Positions 56,841 to 64,000 of a DNA stretch of 64,000 bases are shown piece after piece; position 1 is the stretch's first letter, and each line of letters starts with the position of its first letter. The position numbers and the translations under genes are program-made. The notes below the pieces were generated by a model, which was not told where the DNA came from, ran no database searches, and worked only from the letters and a program-made list of their open reading frames with translations. Source of the stretch: an archaeon (GTDB lineage Archaea; Nanobdellota; Nanobdellia; Pacearchaeales; GW2011-AR1); contig DAOVXQ010000002.1 of NCBI GenBank assembly GCA_030636025.1, positions 10,848 to 74,847 of the forward strand. Reading direction: 5' to 3'.

Positions 56841-57332
56841 ATGAAAATTTCAGGCATAGTTAAAATAAGTATTATATTTTTGGTAGGCTTCCTTATGGCA
56901 AATATTGTAAATTTATATTTTATCTCTGGATTTGAAATGCCTCTTTCGTTAGATTATTTTGGATTTTCTGAAAATCCTTCTGCTCCTTTTGATTTTATAA
57001 ATGAAGAACAGATTAAAATTTATAATGATAGAATTGTTATTTTTATCGACGGTGCAAGTATTAGCAGATATGCCCCGACAGGAAGTATGAAACCTGTTTT
57101 GGATAAAGGGAGCAATGGAATAAGAATAGTTCCTAAATCTGAGAAAGAAATACATATTGGAGACATTATAACTTTTAGAAAAGATAATTATTTAATTGTT
57201 CATAGGGTTATTGACAAGGGAACAGATTCTGAGGGAGTTTATTTTATAACTAAAGGAGATAATAATGATATTAGTGATGGAAAGATTAGATTTAAAGATG
57301 TTGAATATATTACTGTGGGGATGATTTGGTGA
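56841..57332 (+). CDS. signal peptidase I (archaeal/eukaryal S26B type)
   Basis: PTGSMKPVL (catalytic Ser), GDIITF, VHRVI and ITKGDNN motifs. ATG 56841 is preferred over GTG 56820. Confidence 0.8.
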   Translation: MKISGIVKISIIFLVGFLMANIVNLYFISGFEMPLSLDYFGFSENPSAPFDFINEEQIKIYNDRIVIFIDGASISRYAPTGSMKPVLDKGSNGIRIVPKSEKEIHIGDIITFRKDNYLIVHRVIDKGTDSEGVYFITKGDNNDISDGKIRFKDVEYITVGMIW

Positions 57333-57736
57333 TGGAAACTTGTTCAATAAATAAAAACTTAGAAGAATTGTTGTTAGGTGTAAGTAATTTTGATTTAATT
57401 AGAGAGTCTGCTGAAAGTTTTTCTATGGAGGATTTGAAAAACCTGTGTTATCAAAATATTGAAAAAGGATTTCATCAGGAGGATATGCAAATACTTATTC
57501 AACTAAACAAATTAGGTAAATCTAATGAGGATTTAATTGAAGTGATGAGGGAACATATTGTTGAGTGTGAAAAATGTGGTGAAAAATATAAAACCTACTT
57601 GGATGAACAAGCAGAACGATATGTTAGGATTAATGAGGGTATGAAAAAAGTTGGAGCTAGAAATGGAAATCAATCTTCTAAAGAAAAATATCTTGAAGGA
57701 ATAAAAAACTCAGATATTTTGGGATTATATTCTTAG
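57326..57736 (+). CDS. 136-aa hypothetical protein
   Basis: ORF overlapping the signal peptidase stop. Contains CEKCGEKY. Confidence 0.35.
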   Translation: MVMETCSINKNLEELLLGVSNFDLIRESAESFSMEDLKNLCYQNIEKGFHQEDMQILIQLNKLGKSNEDLIEVMREHIVECEKCGEKYKTYLDEQAERYVRINEGMKKVGARNGNQSSKEKYLEGIKNSDILGLYS

Positions 57737-57839
57737 GATTTAGAAAAATTAAAATGAAACAATTATAAAATGGAGAGTAGAAAAGTAAGAATCTGGTGGG
57801 GGAGAAATGATAGAAATTAAAAATATAAAAGATTAAAAA

Positions 57840-58232
57840 ATGACAAAAGAAATTAAATGTCCTGGAGAAAAGTTAGAAGATATATTGAATATTTTACAAG
57901 AACCTAGTTTTGAAAATTATGAGCCCGGCACAGATGAAATAAAGGAATTAAGAAAGATTTTAAAAATAGAGACTAGTGATGAAAAATTAAGAGGGATCTA
58001 TGCAGAGGAGGTTCGTATTTATTCTGATAAATCTGCCTTTTTTTTAGAGATGTATAAAAAATATGGGTCAAGAGATACTGCAATTTCTATGTTATCAAAA
58101 CACATTAAAAATCATAAACCTTGTATGATAATATATTTAGATTATTTAAAAAGATATGGAGATGATTTTGATAAAAATTACTTTTCCTCTCTTAAACAAT
58201 GTGATATTTTAAATATTTTAAATATTAAATGA
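57840..58232 (+). CDS. 130-aa hypothetical protein
   Basis: Clean ORF with no family recognised. Confidence 0.35.
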   Translation: MTKEIKCPGEKLEDILNILQEPSFENYEPGTDEIKELRKILKIETSDEKLRGIYAEEVRIYSDKSAFFLEMYKKYGSRDTAISMLSKHIKNHKPCMIIYLDYLKRYGDDFDKNYFSSLKQCDILNILNIK

Positions 58233-58352
58233 TAAAATAATGTCTAATTTTCCTGCTTAATTAAAGAATTAGGAAATTTATTATTTTATTTAATGGGCGA
58301 AAATATTTTTAAAGAGATTTATAAAAATAACAACAAAAATAGAAATATAATT

Positions 58353-59270
58353 TTAAAAAATCAGCCAGTTAACTATCATTCCCAAATACATTGGAATTGT
58401 CAGGAAAGGCATTGCAGGATAAAATTTTCCTTTTTTTGCCATCATAAATAATGCAAATAATCCGATTGTTGCTGAAAGTGTTATTATCAGAGCAGGAATT
58501 AATCCCATTACTTTGTAGAAAATTCCTGCAGTTATTATTGGGAAAATTACATCTCCGCCCCCGAGAATCGCCAGATTGACTTTTATTTTTGCTTTTTTAA
58601 ATTGTTTTTCTAATGCTTTTTGTGTTTTGTATTTTTGCTTTATTAATTTTATTTTTGCTCTTTGTGTTTTGTTTGCATAAGGGACAAAAAATCCTGCAAA
58701 GAATTTTAATTTTTCAATTTGGTATTTTGCCATTTTTTGCATAAATTCAGATTTCCAGACCGCCCAGATGTCGTAGAGAGAGATTGCAAGAAGTAAAAGG
58801 ATTATTCCTAAAATTCCTAAAATTGGGACAAAAACTGCTGCAATTCCGGGGTAAATCATTAGTTCTGTTAAATTATGGACTAAAAAATTTCTTTTGAATA
58901 ATTTAAAATATGCTAAGGGTAGTGCGATTAAAAGTGCAATTATGTAGGCATAGGTTAAATTAAATTTGAAAAAAAGGACATTTAGTGTTAAGGCGATTGC
59001 AAGAGTTGTGACAATAAAAAACCAGGCTCTTAGGAATTTTTCCGCTTTTATTTTTGTCAGGATGAAAAGTAAAAATATTGCGAATGAAAATGCAATTAAT
59101 ATGTTAAATAATAATCCGATGCCGTCTAATTCCTGAGCTTCGATGGGCGGTTGCATTCCATAAGGGAGTGTTAGTCCTCCTTGATAAACACTGATAACTC
59201 CTAATCCAATTAATTGAGTTATTAAAAACATTGCTATTAATATTAATGTTATTTTAAAATTGTGTTTCAT
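58353..59270 (-). CDS. presenilin/signal-peptide-peptidase homologue (A22 intramembrane aspartyl protease)
   Basis: Polytopic protein with LYDIWAVW (YD), LGGGDVIFP (GxGD) and YPAMPFL (PAL-like). Confidence 0.8.
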   Translation of the reverse strand: MKHNFKITLILIAMFLITQLIGLGVISVYQGGLTLPYGMQPPIEAQELDGIGLLFNILIAFSFAIFLLFILTKIKAEKFLRAWFFIVTTLAIALTLNVLFFKFNLTYAYIIALLIALPLAYFKLFKRNFLVHNLTELMIYPGIAAVFVPILGILGIILLLLAISLYDIWAVWKSEFMQKMAKYQIEKLKFFAGFFVPYANKTQRAKIKLIKQKYKTQKALEKQFKKAKIKVNLAILGGGDVIFPIITAGIFYKVMGLIPALIITLSATIGLFALFMMAKKGKFYPAMPFLTIPMYLGMIVNWLIF

Positions 59271-59425
59271 ATTCGTAATCGTAAGAAACCCAGGTTTCTT
59301 AACAAGTCATCTTCCTGAATTAGAGATTTTCTTTGAAAATCTTTAACTGAAAATTCTTTTGAATTTTCAGGATGCCAAGTAGCTAAAGCTCGGTTGTTTA
59401 ATTTAAATTTGTTGTTAATAATCAT
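59267..59425 (-). CDS. 52-aa leader ORF translationally coupled to the presenilin gene
   Basis: Translated by hand as MIINNKFKLNNRALATWHPENSKEFSVKDFQRKSLIQEDDLLRNLGFLRLRI. Its TGA overlaps the presenilin ATG (ATGA). Confidence 0.3.
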   Translation of the reverse strand: MIINNKFKLNNRALATWHPENSKEFSVKDFQRKSLIQEDDLLRNLGFLRLRI

Positions 59426-59668
59426 TTTCGTAATCGTAAGGAAACCAAGGTTCCCTTAACAAATCATCTTCCCTTTAAGATGCTGTTTTAATTTGAAAAC
59501 CTAACCAGGATTCTGTGGTTCCTCCATTGATAATATTAAAATGTTAAAAGGGTTTTTAAAATGTCGCAAGAATTTTATTGTATTTAATAAAATCCTGTTA
59601 AAATCTCACTTACAAAAGATAGTTTAGAGGAAATATAAATATAAATACCTTTTATCTTAGCTATTTAT

Positions 59669-60403
59669 ATGGGAAATCCAGAACCAAATATTTTGTTTGA
59701 TTATGCAAATATGTATCTAAATCCTAGTCAAATATGCCTTAATGAAAATTGGCAAACAGATTATAGTGGGGGGCAATTTGATAGCGATATTGGGCATCTT
59801 AACATATTAGTAATGGAAAAATATGTTTTAGAAATGTTAAATATAACTCTCCCTGCCAATGGGATGCAGGAACTATCATCTAAAGAGGCAATTATTTCTT
59901 CAGTACATGGGATAATTGGAGATTTTGGGCAAAATTTAGAAAGATGTGTTAGACTTGCTGAAGAAGGAGTTATACAAGATTCTCTTTGTTTTACTGCTCA
60001 GGGTTTATTAGATTATTCTAACAAAGATAAATCAGGATATCAAAAAGTTACAGAGTGGATTCGAAATGCAAGAGATTATTCAAGTAATCCTAGTGAAGGA
60101 TTTCCTGAGGATATGAAATTACCTGAAGGTCTTACAATTGAATTTGTTCCAACTTTTCGAAAACTTAGATATATGGATGGTTTGGGTGAGAAAGTGGGAC
60201 ATAATTATACAATTAAGGGTGAAACATTTGCTCAACAAGTTGAAAATTTTCTTAATATGTATGATGCAGTAACTGCCCATATAGATTGGAAAGAAAAAAC
60301 AGAGAGGGAAATTAGACTTGCTCAAATAAGGAAGGGACATTCTATTTGTAGTGGAACTCTCCCTATTGCAAAGTTAGTTTTGCCAAAATCTCTTGAAGAA
60401 TAA
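59669..60403 (+). CDS. 244-aa hypothetical protein
   Basis: Clean ORF with no family recognised. Confidence 0.4.
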   Translation: MGNPEPNILFDYANMYLNPSQICLNENWQTDYSGGQFDSDIGHLNILVMEKYVLEMLNITLPANGMQELSSKEAIISSVHGIIGDFGQNLERCVRLAEEGVIQDSLCFTAQGLLDYSNKDKSGYQKVTEWIRNARDYSSNPSEGFPEDMKLPEGLTIEFVPTFRKLRYMDGLGEKVGHNYTIKGETFAQQVENFLNMYDAVTAHIDWKEKTEREIRLAQIRKGHSICSGTLPIAKLVLPKSLEE

Positions 60404-60429
60404 TTTTATTATCTAATTAAGAAAAGTAA

Positions 60430-62319
60430 TTATCTCAACCGAATTGTCTCTAAATTTCTTGGGACATTTGTTTCAATATGATGCAATTTGTAAATAGATG
60501 ATGCAAGGTCCAGGCATTTGCCTTGCTCTCCGTGGTTGATTATTATTCTGTTTGGTCTTGGTTGCGACCTGTTTGCGAATTCTAAGAGCTCGTTTCTTCC
60601 TGCGTGGGCTGTAAGTCCTGTGATGGTTGTTGTATCAAAATTAACTTCAATCATTTCTTCTTTTCCATCGACATTCATCTGGACATTTTTAACTCCTTCC
60701 TGAACTTGTCTTCCTAATGAACCAATACCTTGATAACAAACAAAGCAAATTCTGTTATTTGGGTTTGATGCGAAATGCCTGAAGTATTCTACTGATGCTC
60801 CTCCGACCAACATACCGGAGGTTGCAAGGACAACGCATGGGCCGCCTTCAATAACTTTTTTTCTTTCTGCTGGAGAGCCAACTCTTTGGAAAATATCTGA
60901 AACAAACGGGTTGTTGTCTTGAAAGATTTCATTTCTAACATTTGAATTTAAAAAATCTGGGTAAGCTGTGTGGATTCCGTTGATATCCCAAATCATACCA
61001 TCGATATAAATCGGGATTTTTGGTAACTTGTTTTGTTTCATTGCTTCTTCTAAAACCAACATTGTTTCCTGAGCCCTCCCTAATCCTAATTCTGGAACAA
61101 GAATCTTCCCGCCTTTTTCAATTGTCTCTTTAATTGCTTTTATTAATTCTTCTTCAGATTCTTTTCTTGGTGGCAGGACATCTCTTCTGCTCCCGTATGT
61201 TGATTCTATAATTGCTGTTTCTAATCTTGGGAAATTTGAAATTGCTCTATCTAATAATTTTGTTCTTTGGAATTTCATGTCACCTGTATAAAGTAAATTA
61301 TGGGCTCCGTTTCCGATATTAAAATGTGTCATTGAACTTCCTAAGGCGTGTCCTGAGTTATAGAGTGTGATTCTGACGTCCTGTGCTATGTCTGTAACCT
61401 CGTTGAAATTTAAGCAGATTGTGTGTTTTACCATTTCTTTTACATCAACTGAAGAGAACAGCGGGGCAGATGCTTGTTTGTATGCAACTCCGATGAAATC
61501 CAGTGCCAAAAGTGCTGCGATGTCTCTTGTCGGGGCAGTCATGTAAACTGGCCCCCTGTAACCCATTTTAAATAAATAGGGAATTAATCCAGAGTGGTCT
61601 AAATGGGCGTGTGATAAAATTATTGCATCTAATTCATTTATTTTAAATTCTGAAACATCAAGGTATGGGAATTTTTCTTTTCCCCGTCCTGCAACATTAA
61701 TCCCGCAGTCTAAAAGTATTTTTGTTTGTGGGGTTTGCAAAAGAATGCAACTTCTTCCTACTTGTCTTCCGCCGCCTAAAAAACTAATCCTTATCCATCC
61801 CTCGATTTTTTCAGGGTTCCATTCTTTGTAAATTTTTTTACCAACAGAATTTAAAAATTTCTTTCTTGCATTATTATTTGCATAAAGAACTGCCCTTATG
61901 CTTTCAGTTATTTTACTTTTGATTGCCGGGCTTCTCTGAACTTGCGGGACCCATAATGATTTTTCTCTTATTTTTTTTAATATTAAACCAGATTTTCCAA
62001 TTACAGAACCAGGTCTTTTTGATTCTATAACCACAATACTTCTTTGAGGGTCAAAAAGAATTTCTGTTAATTTAGCGTCCTCTGGGATTTCGCCCTTAAT
62101 TATTTGTTCTGTTTCTTCCTGAGATTTTAATAACTTGGAATCTGCCCTTAGTTCAATTCTTTTTTTGTATTTATTGACTAATTCTTTTATTTTTCCTTCA
62201 TTATCTCTGAAAAAATCAATGTCGTCGGTATAAAGGACAATATTTGCCCCTTCAAAGTTCGCACTGACTATAACTTTTGGCAATTCTTTTTGTATATCTT
62301 TTAGAATATCTGTTGACAT
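60430..62319 (-). CDS. aCPSF1-type beta-CASP metallo-beta-lactamase RNase with N-terminal KH domains
   Basis: KH-like N-terminus, HAHLDHSG motif, and beta-CASP motifs downstream. About 630 aa, as is typical. Confidence 0.9.
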   Translation of the reverse strand: MSTDILKDIQKELPKVIVSANFEGANIVLYTDDIDFFRDNEGKIKELVNKYKKRIELRADSKLLKSQEETEQIIKGEIPEDAKLTEILFDPQRSIVVIESKRPGSVIGKSGLILKKIREKSLWVPQVQRSPAIKSKITESIRAVLYANNNARKKFLNSVGKKIYKEWNPEKIEGWIRISFLGGGRQVGRSCILLQTPQTKILLDCGINVAGRGKEKFPYLDVSEFKINELDAIILSHAHLDHSGLIPYLFKMGYRGPVYMTAPTRDIAALLALDFIGVAYKQASAPLFSSVDVKEMVKHTICLNFNEVTDIAQDVRITLYNSGHALGSSMTHFNIGNGAHNLLYTGDMKFQRTKLLDRAISNFPRLETAIIESTYGSRRDVLPPRKESEEELIKAIKETIEKGGKILVPELGLGRAQETMLVLEEAMKQNKLPKIPIYIDGMIWDINGIHTAYPDFLNSNVRNEIFQDNNPFVSDIFQRVGSPAERKKVIEGGPCVVLATSGMLVGGASVEYFRHFASNPNNRICFVCYQGIGSLGRQVQEGVKNVQMNVDGKEEMIEVNFDTTTITGLTAHAGRNELLEFANRSQPRPNRIIINHGEQGKCLDLASSIYKLHHIETNVPRNLETIRLR

Positions 62320-62394
62320 TTTATTTTAATTTGTAATTTATGTTTTTATTACTTATTTACTTATGAAAAATAATTGTAACACCTATTTATTTTT

Positions 62395-63057
62395 TTAATC
62401 TTTATCTTTATATTCTGAAACTATTTCTTGTTTTACAACTTGTTTGATTCCTTCTTTATTCAAGGTATAAACATCTATTCCACTCCCTGATGCAGCATCT
62501 CTTTCTGAGGAAGATTTTATTGCTTCAACCGCTAAATTTACTCCTTCCTGAATTGTTATGTCTTTTTTATATTGTCTTTCTAACAAACCCCATATAAACA
62601 TCATTCCACTTCCATTTGCATCATAATTCTCTATAATTTTTATTGCCCCATCAGGAGATATATTGTATAATTCAGCTTTTCCATCTTCATTAACTCCTGC
62701 TACTAAACTTCCAACAATTGAAGGTATCATTGATGGCTGTCTTATTGCTTGAAAATAGAGTGAAGCGATAAAATTAGCTGCCTCTTTTATTGTTAACCTT
62801 TTCTTTGATTTTAATTCTTTCAATCTTAATTGTGCTGCAATTATTTTTAAACCCATTTGAGCGTCAGAAACCTGCCCTGCAATTGAAACAAGCAAGTAAT
62901 CATTAATTCTATATATTTTTTGAAAATTTTTATGTGCAATAATCTGACCTCCAAGAGTCATTTTTCTATCTGCGGCTAAGATTACCCCATCTTTGCAGAC
63001 AATACCAACTAAACTTGTGCCTGTTTTAAGAATATTGTTTTTTAATTCAGCATCCAT
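62395..63057 (-). CDS. psmB: proteasome subunit beta
   Basis: Propeptide followed by TGTSLVGIVCKDGVILAADRK. Ntn-hydrolase pattern. Confidence 0.9.
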   Translation of the reverse strand: MDAELKNNILKTGTSLVGIVCKDGVILAADRKMTLGGQIIAHKNFQKIYRINDYLLVSIAGQVSDAQMGLKIIAAQLRLKELKSKKRLTIKEAANFIASLYFQAIRQPSMIPSIVGSLVAGVNEDGKAELYNISPDGAIKIIENYDANGSGMMFIWGLLERQYKKDITIQEGVNLAVEAIKSSSERDAASGSGIDVYTLNKEGIKQVVKQEIVSEYKDKD

Positions 63058-63130
63058 TTTAAATTAATTGAAATTCTTAAATCTCTTAGAATTTATTATA
63101 ATATTAGGGAGAATAAAGGGTTTATAAAGT

Positions 63131-64000
63131 TTATGATTCAATCCCACTCATTCCTTTTTCCTTATTAATTTTAATTATGTTATCGACGAAGCTTTCGATT
63201 TTAGGTTCGTGGCTGACGAGGATTAATTGTTCTGCATTTAGTTCATTGAAAACTTCCCTCATTTTATCTAATTGTTGTGTTGAAAAGCCGTCAGTTGGTT
63301 CGTCTAAGATTATTAGGTTTCCTGTTTTAATTTTGCTTAATAAAGAGTTTATAACTTGGTTTAAAGCCAGCCGATATGCTAATGCGATTGCGGTTCTTTC
63401 TCCGCCTGAAAGAAAAGCGTAATCTAATTCATAATCCTGCTGTTCAATTATTGGGGCGAAGTCGTCATTAAGTTTTGCAGATAAAGAATCTGAGACCAAT
63501 ATTGAAAACCATTTTGAAAATAAATTTGAAAATTCTTCTTTTAATGTCATCAAGACTTGTTTTTCTGTGAATAAAACCAAATCTAAAAATTTCTCTGAAA
63601 CCCAGTATTCTATTTTTGCTAATTCTTCTGTTTTTGTTTTTAATTCTTCTTTTTTCAGAATCTCCTGTTGTTTTTCTTTAATCAAATTTTCCAGAAATTG
63701 AGATTCTTTATTTATTTCTGCTTTTTTAATTGCAGATTGATTTTCTTTATTTTTTGCTTCAATTAATTCCTGATTTGTTTTTTTATAAATCTCGTCGTAT
63801 TTTGAAAATTCTTGGATTGAGATTTCCATAGATTTTATGTGTCTCTCAAGCATTTCTAAATCATTTTCAATAGATTGTTTTTGTTTTTCAATCTCAATAA
63901 TTCTATTTTCTTTTTCTTTAAAATTTTCAAGTTTAATCTTTAATAATTCCTGCTCTGATTTTTGTTTTTTGAACTCTTCTTTTATTTTTTTTGTTAATTC
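63131..64000 (-). CDS. rad50: Rad50/SMC-type ATPase, C-terminal part (N-terminus outside window)
   Basis: FLSGGERTAIALAYRLAL signature, LILDEPTDGF Walker B, and LILVSHEP. The coiled-coil frame stays open to the window edge when checked codon by codon. Confidence 0.8.
   Translation of the reverse strand, partial: ELTKKIKEEFKKQKSEQELLKIKLENFKEKENRIIEIEKQKQSIENDLEMLERHIKSMEISIQEFSKYDEIYKKTNQELIEAKNKENQSAIKKAEINKESQFLENLIKEKQQEILKKEELKTKTEELAKIEYWVSEKFLDLVLFTEKQVLMTLKEEFSNLFSKWFSILVSDSLSAKLNDDFAPIIEQQDYELDYAFLSGGERTAIALAYRLALNQVINSLLSKIKTGNLIILDEPTDGFSTQQLDKMREVFNELNAEQLILVSHEPKIESFVDNIIKINKEKGMSGIES

Noticed and set aside
58318-58325. TTTATAAA box in the convergent intergenic region after 57840..58232
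   Set aside because: No gene starts downstream on either strand within a sensible distance. It is probably a chance occurrence in AT-rich sequence.

Overview
Visibly AT-rich archaeal contig. The gene content and reduced, surface-protein-rich style suggest a DPANN-type archaeon, but that is inference.

Layout:
- 1-9.9 kb: Fe-S assembly genes (ArsR, IscS, DUF1858, IscU), a bacterial-style nrdR-nrdJ-trx-thyA dNTP module with tandem NrdR boxes, and tRNA-Lys(UUU).
- 10-26.6 kb: the archaeal rpoH-rpoB-rpoA-nusA-S12-S7-EF2-EF1a supercluster.
- 27-37.7 kb: DnaG, then an accessory island.
- 37.7-50.6 kb: a type IV pilus-like and adhesin locus.
- 50.7-64 kb: housekeeping genes (ABC/FtsX exporter, CCA-adding enzyme, TrmB, signal peptidase, presenilin homologue, aCPSF1, proteasome beta, Rad50 fragment).

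I saw no rRNA, CRISPR array, cas gene or transposase.

Most interesting observations:
1. At 30.2-32.9 kb, a run of single-gene units sits next to a tyrosine recombinase. Each unit is enclosed by its own unique perfect inverted repeat, and the distal arm abuts the stop codon.
2. A 3.9 kb cassette is bounded by 44-bp direct repeats whose left copy is the recombinase gene's own 3' end. It carries an AbiE-like pair, a DUF4145-like gene and six tandem paralogous HTH minigenes.
3. The island is dense in GNRA/GAA-loop hairpins, shows one covarying hairpin family, and is enriched for AAATTTGG.
4. The universally conserved transcription/translation supercluster is interrupted at five junctions by lineage-specific ORFs. 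One insertion is flanked by a duplicated S12 3' end. rpoA' and rpoA'' are fused.
5. tRNA-Lys is flanked by tRNA-Lys half-fragments that carry hairpin insertions.
6. A perfect (ATA)21 microsatellite touches a start codon.

All functional calls come from reading motifs by eye. No database search was run.
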